This document shows, piece after piece, positions 28,773-37,169 of a DNA stretch of 43,535 bases. Below the pieces are notes generated by a model. That model was not told where the DNA came from. It searched no databases and worked only from the letters and a program-made list of their open reading frames with translations. The position numbers and the translations under genes are program-made. Location: assembly GCA_035639615.1 (NCBI GenBank), contig DASQXS010000167.1, positions 1-43,535 of the forward strand, in the 5' to 3' direction. Every line of letters starts with the position of its first letter. The stretch's first letter is position 1. Source of the stretch: Gaiellales bacterium. GTDB taxonomy: Bacteria > Actinomycetota > Thermoleophilia > Gaiellales > JAICJC01.

Positions 28773-30368
28773 TCAGCCGGCCTGCACCTGCATCGCGCGG
28801 TAGAAGACGCAGCCGTTCCAGTCGAGCCGCTGCGAGCGGCCGTCGACGAGCGTGTCGAAGCGGAACACCTCGGGCAGAGGCCCCTCCGGCGTTGCCCACA
28901 GAAACCCGCCCGCCGACCGAGGCGCGAGCGGGATGCGCCCGTACGACTCCTCCTCCACGGCGAGCTCGCCGCGGCAGAGCGTCACGCGGCACGCGGGCAG
29001 CCACGGGTTGTGGGACCGGTAGAGGCTCGGGTGCGCCGCCCATTCGGGCGGGTGCCGAAACTCGGCCGGCCCCAGATAGCCCTCGGCCGGGTACCAGTCG
29101 TCGCCGGCCATGAGGTGGTCGACGCGGCCGTTGGTCCGGCCGAAGCGGACGAGCGTCTCGCTCAGCTCGGGGTGGTCGGTCGAGAACACGTCGCGGCCGA
29201 GCTCCTCGAGGCCGCCGTCGAATCCGCTACCCGCGATGCCCGAGTCGGTCACCGTGAACGGCCCGTACCGGCCGGTGTAGGGAACGAGATCCGGCTGCGG
29301 ATCCGGCGGCGGATCCGGCAGCGCCGTCCCTTCCCTGGCCGCCCGTGCCAGCGCGAGCGCGTACTCCGCCAGCACGCGCGCGCCCTTCGGACCGTTCACG
29401 AGCGCGACGGCGCCGACGCCCGAATCGAGGTCGCAGAGCATGTTCGCCCGGTAGCCGACCATGCTCCCGGTGTGGCCGACCACCGTGTGGCCCTCGGTCC
29501 CGGTGATCGAGAGGCCGAGGCCGTACGGCGTCCCCTCGTCGTCGGGGAGCCCGTCGGTCATCTGGTCGAAGTCGGCCGGATCGAGCATGCCCTCGGCGCC
29601 GCGGCCGAGCAGGAGGCGCACGTACGCGGCCATATCGCCCGCCGTCGAGAGGACGCTCCCCGACGCGGCCTCGGACTCGACGAACGGCGCGGTCTCGAGG
29701 AGCATGGATCGGTACGGGGGCCGGTCTTGCGCGACGCGCTCGTGCCCGTCCGCCAGCGAGGCGCGGTGCCCGGCGGCGATGTGGGCCGACGACGCGTGCA
29801 TGCCGAGCGGCTGGAGGATCCGGCGGCGGACGAGCTCGGGAAACGGCAGGCCCGCGCGCCGCTCAAGCGCCAATCCAAGCGCGTCGTAGCCGACGTTCGA
29901 GTACCAGAAGCGCGTCCCCGGCTCCCACAGCGTCTCTGCGCCGGCGAGGTCGGCGACGTGGGCGACCGACGACGGCCCGGCCTCTGTGCCTACCGGAAGG
30001 CCGGATCTGTGCATCAGGAGATGGCGAAGCCGGATCGGCCCGTGGCCCCCGCCGACTCGGAACCACGGCAGGTGCTCGGTGAGCTCGTCGTCCAGGGAGA
30101 GCACGCCTTCGCGCCCGAGCTGGAGGGCGCAGATGGCCGCGAACGACTTCGAGATCGACCCGATCTGGAGCAGATGATCGGCCGTCAGCGGCGTTCCGGC
30201 GATGTTCGCGTGCCCGGCGACGACCACCGTCTCGGCCCCCGCCCAATCCGTGACGGCCGCCGCGACGCCGACGGTCTCGCGCGCCATGATCCGCGCCTCG
30301 GCGAACGCACGCAGCCGTGCCTCGGCCTCTGGTGTGAGGAGCGGGCGTTGATCCGGGTGCGCTGTCAC
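28773..30368 (-). CDS. Serine hydrolase, beta-lactamase/transpeptidase-like (class C/EstB-type) with a C-terminal extension of about 150 aa
   Basis: SxxK = GSISKSF, YxN = WYSNVGY, HxG = HTGSMVGY. 531 aa, GTG start. Confidence 0.85.
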   Translation of the reverse strand: MTAHPDQRPLLTPEAEARLRAFAEARIMARETVGVAAAVTDWAGAETVVVAGHANIAGTPLTADHLLQIGSISKSFAAICALQLGREGVLSLDDELTEHLPWFRVGGGHGPIRLRHLLMHRSGLPVGTEAGPSSVAHVADLAGAETLWEPGTRFWYSNVGYDALGLALERRAGLPFPELVRRRILQPLGMHASSAHIAAGHRASLADGHERVAQDRPPYRSMLLETAPFVESEAASGSVLSTAGDMAAYVRLLLGRGAEGMLDPADFDQMTDGLPDDEGTPYGLGLSITGTEGHTVVGHTGSMVGYRANMLCDLDSGVGAVALVNGPKGARVLAEYALALARAAREGTALPDPPPDPQPDLVPYTGRYGPFTVTDSGIAGSGFDGGLEELGRDVFSTDHPELSETLVRFGRTNGRVDHLMAGDDWYPAEGYLGPAEFRHPPEWAAHPSLYRSHNPWLPACRVTLCRGELAVEEESYGRIPLAPRSAGGFLWATPEGPLPEVFRFDTLVDGRSQRLDWNGCVFYRAMQVQAG

Positions 30369-30420
30369 GACGGCCTACGCCCTCGGCGGCTGGTGGTCTC
30401 TCGGGTGGTAGCGGCCGGGG

Positions 30421-30444
30421 GGTGCCAGGATGAATCCTGGCACC
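30421..30444 (-). terminator. Hairpin downstream of rnj (possible terminator, no U-tract)
   Basis: GGTGCCAGGA-TGAA-TCCTGGCACC is a perfect 10-bp stem about 25 nt after the rnj stop. A second 7-bp hairpin, GTGACCC-N5-GGGTCAC (30454-30472), spans the stop codon. Confidence 0.4.
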
Positions 30445-30468
30445 AGTCGAGGCGTGACCCATCGAGGG

Positions 30469-32139
30469 TCACACCTCGACCACGACCGGGAGCACCATGG
30501 GCCGCTTCCCGGTCGTCTCGGAGACGAGCTCCGCCAGGGCGTCGTGCAGCTCCTGCTGGACCAGGTGCACCTCGGTCGTGCGATGAGCCTGGCACTCGGC
30601 CAGAACGCGAGCGACGGCCTCGCGCGCCTGCTCGAGCAGGAGCGCGCCGTCGTCCTCCGAGGCGGCGAAGCCGCGCGCGATCACCTCCGGCTCGGCGATC
30701 GGCTCGGCCGAGTCGGCCGCGATCGTGGCGACGACGATCAGGACGCCGTCCGAGGCGAGGTGGCGGCGGTCGCGCAGCACGACGTCACGCACGGACCCGA
30801 CGTTCATGCCGTCGACGAGCGTCGTTCCGGCGGGCACCTGGCCGACCACGCTCAGCCCATCGCCGTCGAGCTCGAGGACGGTACCGTTCTCGGCGATGCG
30901 GACGGCGTGGGCGGGGACGCCGGCCGCCTCGGCCAGGCGCGCATGGGCCTGGAGCATCCGGTACTCGCCGTGCACCGGCATGAAGGCGCGCGGGCGCACG
31001 GTGCGGAGCATCGTGGAGAGGTCGGCGGCGGCTGCGTGCCCGGATGCGTTCACGTACGCCGTGTCCTCGGTGAGCACGGTCGCGCCCAGGCGGCAGAGGC
31101 GGTTCACGGTCTCGTGCACCTTCACCTCGTTTCCGGGGATGGCGCGGGCGGAGACGACGACCGTGTCGGTGTGGGTGATCTGCACCGCGGGATGGTCGCC
31201 GAACGCGATCCTCGTCAGGGCCGAACGGGGCTCCCCCTGGCTGCCGGTGCAGATGATCACGGTTTCGTGCGGCATGAACTCGTCGAGCCGGCGGGCCTTC
31301 ACGAGGAGGTCGTCCGGGACCGTCGCGTAGCCGAGGTTCCGGGCGATGTTCAGGTTGCGGTTCATCGACCGGCCAATGACTGAGACGATCCGGCCGCCGG
31401 CCGCGGCGGTGTCGATCACCTGCTGGATCCGGTGGATGTGCGACGCGAACGAGGTGACGATGACGCGGCCCGGCGCCGAGCGAATGATCTCGCGCAGGGC
31501 CGCGCCGACGGTGCGCTCCGACGGCGTCTGCCCCGCGCGCTCCGCGTTCGTGGAGTCGGCCAGAAGGAGCGCGACGCCGGACTCCCCCAGCCGGCCCAGC
31601 CGGTCGAGGTCGGTCGTGCGGCCGTCGATCGGCGTGTCGTCGAGCTTGAAGTCGCCCGTGTGGACGATCGCCCCGTGGTCGGTGTGAAGCACCACCGCAA
31701 CCGCGTCGGGCACCGAGTGGGTGACGCGCGCGAACTCGGCGTCGAACGGGCCGATGCGCGTCCTTCCGCCCTCGGGGTCGACCTCGACCAGGTCCGTGTG
31801 CTGCAGGAGGCCGTGCTCGTCGAGCTTCGACTTCACGAGTCCCAGCGTGAGGCGGGTGCCCCACACCTGGGCGTCGGTGCCGATCTCACGGAAGAGGTAC
31901 GGCAGCGCCCCGATGTGATCCTCGTGGCCGTGGGTGAGCACCACGGCGTCGAGCCGGCCGGAGTTCTCGGCGATGTAGGAGAAGTCGGGCAGCACGAGGT
32001 CGATGCCGAGCATCTCGGAGCGCGGGAACGAGAGCCCGGCGTCGATCAGGATCATGCGCCCGTCGCGCTCGAAGGCGGTCATGTTCTTGCCCACCTCGCC
32101 CAACCCGCCCAGCGGGATGATCCGGACCGGGCCTGGCAT
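30469..32139 (-). CDS. rnj: Ribonuclease J
   Basis: Metallo-beta-lactamase/beta-CASP fold: IIPLGGLGEVGKNM, THGHEDHIGALPYL. 556 aa, 3 nt downstream of dapA as in mycobacteria. Confidence 0.9.
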   Translation of the reverse strand: MPGPVRIIPLGGLGEVGKNMTAFERDGRMILIDAGLSFPRSEMLGIDLVLPDFSYIAENSGRLDAVVLTHGHEDHIGALPYLFREIGTDAQVWGTRLTLGLVKSKLDEHGLLQHTDLVEVDPEGGRTRIGPFDAEFARVTHSVPDAVAVVLHTDHGAIVHTGDFKLDDTPIDGRTTDLDRLGRLGESGVALLLADSTNAERAGQTPSERTVGAALREIIRSAPGRVIVTSFASHIHRIQQVIDTAAAGGRIVSVIGRSMNRNLNIARNLGYATVPDDLLVKARRLDEFMPHETVIICTGSQGEPRSALTRIAFGDHPAVQITHTDTVVVSARAIPGNEVKVHETVNRLCRLGATVLTEDTAYVNASGHAAAADLSTMLRTVRPRAFMPVHGEYRMLQAHARLAEAAGVPAHAVRIAENGTVLELDGDGLSVVGQVPAGTTLVDGMNVGSVRDVVLRDRRHLASDGVLIVVATIAADSAEPIAEPEVIARGFAASEDDGALLLEQAREAVARVLAECQAHRTTEVHLVQQELHDALAELVSETTGKRPMVLPVVVEV

Positions 32140-32142
32140 CGG

Positions 32143-33033
32143 TCAGGCTCTCGCCAGGATGCCTGCGGCCTCGAGGGCGGCGGCGACCGCCTGCGTCTCG
32201 TCGGCGTCGGCCTCGACGAGCGGCAGCCGGAGGCCGCCGGCCTCCAGCCCGAGCAGGTTCAGGGCGGCCTTGATCGGGATGGGGTTGGTCGTGACCGCGA
32301 GCGCCGCGTACAGGCCGCGCAGGGACTCGTCGACGGATCGCGCCGCCTCGATGTCGCCCTGGTGGGCGAGTTCGATCATGTGCCGGATCTGGCGGCCGGC
32401 GACGTGCGAGGCGACGCAGATGCCGCCGGCGCCACCGAGCTCCAGGAACGGCATGACCAGGTCGTCGTTCCCCGCGTAGAGGGTGAGGCCGGTCTCATCG
32501 ACGATCCGCCGGGCCTGGTCGAGGTCCGGCGTGGCCTGCTTGACCGCGACGACGTTCGGGATCCGCGCCAGCTCGCCCAGGAGGTCAGGCTCCAGGTTGA
32601 GCACGACCCGCTGGGGGATGTTGTAGAGGACGACCGGACGGCCCTCCGCCGCCTCGGCCACGGCTCCGAAATGGGCCAGGATGCCGGCCCGCGGCGGCTT
32701 CGAGTAGTAGGGCGTCACGGCCAGGATCCCGTCGATGCCGAGCGCGAGCGCCGAGCGGGTGAGCGCGACCGAGTGGTGCGTGTCGTAGGTGCCGGTGTTG
32801 GCGACGACGGCAGTCCCGGCGCCGACCTCCGAGACCACCGCCTCGAGCAGGTCGAGCTTCTCGCGATCCGTGACCGTCGGCCCCTCGCCGGTGGTGCCGC
32901 ACACGACGATCCCGTCCGAGCCGGTGTCGGCCAGGTGCCGGGCGATCCGCCGCGCCGCCGCCAGGTTCACGGACCCATCGGCCGCAAACGGCGTAACCAT
33001 CGCCGTGAGCAGGGATCCGAGCGGCGTGCGCAC
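32143..33033 (-). CDS. dapA: 4-hydroxy-tetrahydrodipicolinate synthase
   Basis: The C-terminal 296 codons of ORF 32143..34896 read VRTPLGSLLTAMVTPF...GIVVCGTTGEGPT...VTPYYSKP...VLYNIP...AVKQA (Schiff-base Lys). The GTG at 33033 is preceded by TACACT-N6. An alternative GTG lies at 33054. Confidence 0.9.
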   Translation of the reverse strand: MRTPLGSLLTAMVTPFAADGSVNLAAARRIARHLADTGSDGIVVCGTTGEGPTVTDREKLDLLEAVVSEVGAGTAVVANTGTYDTHHSVALTRSALALGIDGILAVTPYYSKPPRAGILAHFGAVAEAAEGRPVVLYNIPQRVVLNLEPDLLGELARIPNVVAVKQATPDLDQARRIVDETGLTLYAGNDDLVMPFLELGGAGGICVASHVAGRQIRHMIELAHQGDIEAARSVDESLRGLYAALAVTTNPIPIKAALNLLGLEAGGLRLPLVEADADETQAVAAALEAAGILARA

Positions 33034-33075
33034 AGGCGGAGTGTACCGGAGCACGGAAGCTATGCTCTCGGGCTC

Positions 33076-33525
33076 ATGGCAGGCCGAATCGAGGCAATCC
33101 ACGTCCGTCCCACCCACGATGCGGAGGCGACCGCGGCCCCGCGGGCGCACCTCCGGGCCGGGATGGGGCTCGAGGGCGACCGCTACTACGCCGCGCCCGG
33201 TGCCGGGCCGGGCGAGGCGCTGACCCTGATCGAGGCCGAGGCGCTCGAGGCGCTCGCGGCCGAGACCGGGATCCGCCTCTCTGCAGCGGACTCGCGCCGC
33301 CAGCTTCTCACCCGGGGCGTCGGGCTGAACGACCTGGTCGGCCGCGAGTTCTCGGTCGGCGGCGTACGCTGCCTCGGGGTCGAGCTGTGCGAGCCGTGCG
33401 AGCACCTCCAGTCGCTCACCCAGCACGGCGTTCTGCGCGGCCTCGTGCACCGCGGCGGCCTCAGGGCGGACGTCCTGGCCGACGGCGAGATCGCGGTCGG
33501 CGACCCGGTTCAGGCGCTCGCGTAG
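33076..33525 (+). CDS. MOSC domain-containing protein (149 aa)
   Basis: The ATG lies within ORF 31432..33525. GLEGDRYY, LIEAEALE and the conserved Cys context VELCEPCEHL are typical of MOSC. The 3-prime end overlaps the convergent decarboxylase gene by 16 nt. Confidence 0.8.
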   Translation: MAGRIEAIHVRPTHDAEATAAPRAHLRAGMGLEGDRYYAAPGAGPGEALTLIEAEALEALAAETGIRLSAADSRRQLLTRGVGLNDLVGREFSVGGVRCLGVELCEPCEHLQSLTQHGVLRGLVHRGGLRADVLADGEIAVGDPVQALA

Positions 33526-34979
33526 TCGAGGAGCGCCGCGCCGCGGCTGACCGCGGCGTCGACGAGCGCGTCCATCTCGGCCGCCTCGGTGCGGTGGTTG
33601 GTGATGCAGGCGCGCAGGCAGTAGCGGCCGCGCAGGACCGCGTTCGACGGAAACGTGCGCCCGTCGCGGCGGATCTCGGTCATGAGCCGCTCGTTCAGGG
33701 CGTCGAGGCGGGCCTCGTCGGCGACCGCCGCGGGCGCGTACCGGAAGCAGGCGATCGAGAGGATGACCGGGCACATGGGCTCGAGATCGGGATGGGCGCG
33801 GACGCGGTCGTCGAGGTAGCGGACGAGGTCGACGTCGTGGGCGATGCGGCGGCCGTAGGCGGCCGTGCCGTGGGCGGCGAGCGACATCCAGACCTTGAGC
33901 GCCTGGAACCCGCGCGACCACTGCGGCCCGAGCTCGCCGATGTTCACGCCGCGTCCAGAGTGCTCGGCGTCCTCGCGCACATACGCGGCGTCGATGGAGA
34001 AGCTGCGCGCGAGGGTCGCGACGTCGCGGACGAGGAGGCTCGCGCTTGACTGCGGCGTGTAGAGCCACTTGTGCGGGTCGAACGCGATCGAGTCGGCCCG
34101 CTCGATGCCGCACAGCAGCGGCCGCAGCGCCGGCGCGAAGGCCGCCGCCCCGCCGTAGGCCGCGTCGACGTGGAGCCACAGGCCGTGGTGATCGCAGAGA
34201 TCGGCGACCTCCGGGAGCGGGTCGATGGCCCCCGTTGCGGTCGTGCCCGCGGTCGCGACGACGGCGAAGGGATGCAGGCCCTGGGCGAGATCGTCCTCGA
34301 CTGCGCGTTCCAGCACGTCGACGCGCAGCCGAAAGGCGTCGTCGGTCGGGATCGCGCGGACTGCACGCTCGCCCAGCCCGAGCATGTCCGCCGCCTCGGC
34401 GATGGTCGCGTGGGCCTCCTCGGAGGCGTAGAGGACGAGCCCCATCCCGCCCACACCGTCGCGTCGGGCGTCGCCGGATGCGCGAGCGTCCCGGGCGGCC
34501 TTGAGCGCCGTGAAGTTGGACGCCGCGCCGCCGCTCGTGATCAACCCTCCGGCGCCGTCCGGGAGCCCGAAGACGCCTGCCATCCACCGCATCAGGTGAA
34601 GCTCGAGCTCGCTCGCCGCCGGCGAGAGGCTCCACCCGCCCACGTTCGGGTTGAGGCCCGCGGCGAGCAGGTCGGCCGCGGCCCCGGGGACCGTGCCCGA
34701 GCCCGAGATGTAGGCGAGGAAGCCGGGATGGCCGCACTGCGCCGAGTGCTCGAGCACCATCGGCCGCAGGAGCGAGGCGATCTCGGAGACGGGGAGCGGC
34801 TCCTCGGGGATGGGGAGCGCCATCCGGGCGGCCACCTCCCCGGCCGGTGCGATCGGCGAGACCGGCATCGACCGCATCCGCTCGAGCAGCTCGCACCAGA
34901 GGCCGAGCATCGCTTCGGTGACCTCGCGGGCCCGGCCGGCGTCCCAGTCAAGATCGGGGACGGGCTGCGGCCGGGTCAC
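33510..34979 (-). CDS. Pyridoxal-dependent decarboxylase, group II (fold type I)
   Basis: The GTG at 34979 overlaps the dapB TGA (GTGA). HPGFLAYISGSGT, ITSGGAASNFTALKAAR, HVDAAYGG and SIAFDPHKWLYTP (PLP Lys). 489 aa. The substrate cannot be read from the sequence. Confidence 0.85.
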   Translation of the reverse strand: MTRPQPVPDLDWDAGRAREVTEAMLGLWCELLERMRSMPVSPIAPAGEVAARMALPIPEEPLPVSEIASLLRPMVLEHSAQCGHPGFLAYISGSGTVPGAAADLLAAGLNPNVGGWSLSPAASELELHLMRWMAGVFGLPDGAGGLITSGGAASNFTALKAARDARASGDARRDGVGGMGLVLYASEEAHATIAEAADMLGLGERAVRAIPTDDAFRLRVDVLERAVEDDLAQGLHPFAVVATAGTTATGAIDPLPEVADLCDHHGLWLHVDAAYGGAAAFAPALRPLLCGIERADSIAFDPHKWLYTPQSSASLLVRDVATLARSFSIDAAYVREDAEHSGRGVNIGELGPQWSRGFQALKVWMSLAAHGTAAYGRRIAHDVDLVRYLDDRVRAHPDLEPMCPVILSIACFRYAPAAVADEARLDALNERLMTEIRRDGRTFPSNAVLRGRYCLRACITNHRTEAAEMDALVDAAVSRGAALLDYASA

Positions 34980-35638
34980 AGGAGCGGCTCCAGCCCGAGG
35001 GTGAGGCCCGGCGGCAGCTCGCAAATCCGGCGGATCGCCAGGAGGACGCCGGGGACGAACGCGTCGCGGGAGGTCGTGTCGTGGCGGATCGTGAGCGTCT
35101 GTCCGGGCCCTCCGAAGATCACCTCCTGGTGGGCGACAAGGCCGGGCAGCCGCACGGAGTGGATCGGCGGATCCCCGCCGATGCGACGGGCGGTGGCGAG
35201 CGCGGTCCCCGACGGCGCGTCGCGCTTCGTGTTGGCGTGGAGCTCGACGATCTCGCACCGCTCCATCAGCCGGCCCGCCTCCTCGGCGAAGCGCATCATC
35301 AGGATCGCGCCGAGCGCGAAGTTGGCGGCATGGAGGAGTTGGATGCCCCGCTCTGCCGCGCGGCCGCCGTATTCGGCCAGCATGTCGGGCGCGAGGCCCG
35401 ACGTGCCCAGGACGAGCGGGACGCCGGCGGCAATCGCGGCGTCGCAGGCATGGGAGGCCCCGTCGGGGGTGGTGAAGTCGACCGCGACGTCGGCCCCGCC
35501 GGCCAGCGCGTCCGTCAGGCTGACGCCGAGGGAAGGCGCCGCTCGTGCGGTGAGCTCGAGCTCGGGATCGGCCCCGATCGCCTCGGCGACTAGGAGGCCG
35601 ACCTTGCCTGTTGCGCCGGAGAGCGCGACCCGGATCAC
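34976..35638 (-). CDS. dapB: 4-hydroxy-tetrahydrodipicolinate reductase (short, 220 aa)
   Basis: The GTG at 35638 gives VIRVALSGATGKVG (NAD(P) site). VDFTTP and ELHANTKRDAPSGTA match the E(L)HHxxKxDAPSGTA signature. Confidence 0.9.
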   Translation of the reverse strand: MIRVALSGATGKVGLLVAEAIGADPELELTARAAPSLGVSLTDALAGGADVAVDFTTPDGASHACDAAIAAGVPLVLGTSGLAPDMLAEYGGRAAERGIQLLHAANFALGAILMMRFAEEAGRLMERCEIVELHANTKRDAPSGTALATARRIGGDPPIHSVRLPGLVAHQEVIFGGPGQTLTIRHDTTSRDAFVPGVLLAIRRICELPPGLTLGLEPLL

Positions 35639-35769
35639 GGCTCGCGATGGTAGCCGTCGTGGTCGAGGAATGCGGAGAGGAGCCGATAACCAGCCCGCCG
35701 GTCTTCGCGTCAGCCCACGCCATGCGGGCCATCGAGGCGATCTACGCGCACGCCAGGCGTCGCGCCGGA

Positions 35770-35843
35770 CAACTGGGAGGCATCCGCATGCCCGGGATCG
35801 CCTGAGCCGGCAGGACTCGCTGCAAAACTGGTGCCTGACCCCG
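35770..35843. repeat. Copy A of a hairpin-containing intergenic repeat (downstream of pepR)
   Basis: It contains CAACTGGGAGG (35770-35780), followed by the hairpin GGCAT-CCGC-ATGCC, and GTGCCTGACCCCG (35831-35843). The same two blocks occur in the same order at 38150-38190. Confidence 0.5.
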
Positions 35844-35855
35844 TTTCTGCGCCGG

Positions 35856-37169
35856 TCAGACGAGCGCCGGGTTGAGCGCGGCCAGCGCCTCGGCGAACCG
35901 TTCCTGGCTAGGGCCAATGCCGGCTGCCGAGAGCCGCTCCGGGGCGAAGAACTGGCGGGCGAGGGCGGCGATCGCCTCCGGCTCGACCGAGTCGATCTCG
36001 GCGCAGATCCGGTCGAGCGACAGGAGCTCGGTGTCCGTCAGCACGGACTTCCCGAGCCTGCTCGCGCGGTTGGACGTGGACTCCATGGAGAGCATGATCC
36101 GCCCCTTCAGGTTCTCCTTGGCGCGGTCGAGCTCCGCCCGGTCGAAGTCCCCCTCCCCCATTCGCCGGAACTGGTCGGCGATGATGTGCACGCACTCGAC
36201 GAGGTTGTCCTCGCGGGTGCCTACGTACACGCCGACGGTTCCGGTGTCGGCGTACTGGGAGGCGTACGTGTAGACCGAGTACGCCATGCCGCGCTGCTCC
36301 CGGATCTCCTGGAAGAGGCGCGAGCTGGCCGAGCCGCCAAGCATCGCGTCGAGGAGCGACGCGGCGAACCGGCGGCGGTCGGACCGCGGCACGCCGAGGC
36401 CGCCGAGGCAGACGTGGAACTGCTCGGTGTCCTTGCGCTGGAAGAGCGAGCGCGGCGTGGCCTCGCCGACCCATACCGGCCGCACGCCGGCGCCGGTGCC
36501 GGGGATCCGCGAGAGCGGCGCGAAGCGCGTCTCGATGGCGTGGGCGAGCGGCTCGTGGTCGAGGTTCCCGGCCGCGGCGACGACGATGTTGGGGCCGACG
36601 TAGCGGGCCCGGTGGTACGCCCGCATGTCGTGCGGAGCCGCCCCGGAGATGACCTCCGCCGAGCCGATGACCGGGCGCCCGAGCGGATGGTCGCCGAAGA
36701 CGGCCTGGGCGATCAGGTCGTGCACCAGATCCTGCGGCGTGTCGTCGTACATGGCGATCTCCTCGAGTACGACGTCCCGCTCGGAGTCCATCTCGGCCGC
36801 GTCGAACTGCGGCTGGAGCAGCATGTCGGCCATCACGTCGAGCGCCGTCTCGAGGTGGGCGTCGAGCACGCGGCAGTAGATGACCGTGTACTCCTTCGCC
36901 GTCGCGGCGTTGAGCTCGCCTCCCAGCCCGTCGAAGATCTGGGCGATCTCCATCGCCGAGTAGCGGGCCGATCCCTTGAAGAGCAGATGCTCGATGAAGT
37001 GTGAGATCCCGGCCTGCTCCGGTGTCTCGTCCCTGCTCCCCGCGCCGATCCAGATTCCGATCGCGACCGAGCGCACCGACGAGACCCGCTCGGTGACGAT
37101 CCGCTCACCGCCGTCGAGCGTTGTGACCGTGTAGCGCTGCACGGGCGCGGATCGTAGCGCCGCGCTCAC
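35856..37169 (-). CDS. pepR: M16-family zinc peptidase (PepR-like)
   Basis: Inverted zincin motif HFIEHLLFKG with the downstream Glu in NAATAKEYT. I prefer the GTG at 37169, which forms a GTGA overlap with the egtD stop and gives 437 aa. An alternative GTG lies at 37142. It is positioned after pnp, as mycobacterial pepR is. Confidence 0.85.
   Translation of the reverse strand: MSAALRSAPVQRYTVTTLDGGERIVTERVSSVRSVAIGIWIGAGSRDETPEQAGISHFIEHLLFKGSARYSAMEIAQIFDGLGGELNAATAKEYTVIYCRVLDAHLETALDVMADMLLQPQFDAAEMDSERDVVLEEIAMYDDTPQDLVHDLIAQAVFGDHPLGRPVIGSAEVISGAAPHDMRAYHRARYVGPNIVVAAAGNLDHEPLAHAIETRFAPLSRIPGTGAGVRPVWVGEATPRSLFQRKDTEQFHVCLGGLGVPRSDRRRFAASLLDAMLGGSASSRLFQEIREQRGMAYSVYTYASQYADTGTVGVYVGTREDNLVECVHIIADQFRRMGEGDFDRAELDRAKENLKGRIMLSMESTSNRASRLGKSVLTDTELLSLDRICAEIDSVEPEAIAALARQFFAPERLSAAGIGPSQERFAEALAALNPALV

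Noticed and set aside
28686-30983. 765-aa plus-strand ORF across the serine hydrolase and rnj
   Set aside because: Arg/Pro/Gly-rich artefact. Both minus-strand genes have intact catalytic motifs.
33034-34896. N-terminal 620 codons of ORF 32143..34896 (as if dapA encoded a 917-aa protein)
   Set aside because: Only the last 296 codons are DapA-like. The upstream part is Arg/Pro/Gly-rich and overlaps the MOSC and decarboxylase genes. A leaderless-type box supports the start at 33033.
35639-35855. Small ORFs (for example 35611..35805 plus strand) in the pepR-dapB spacer
   Set aside because: They are short, Arg/Ala-rich and lack an SD or a leaderless box. The spacer is better explained by the repeat/hairpin element and the dapB promoter.
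34071-37004. 977-aa plus-strand ORF (the longest in the track) across the decarboxylase, dapB and pepR
   Set aside because: It is antisense to three well-supported genes, has no motif content and shows a composition typical of GC-rich antisense frames.
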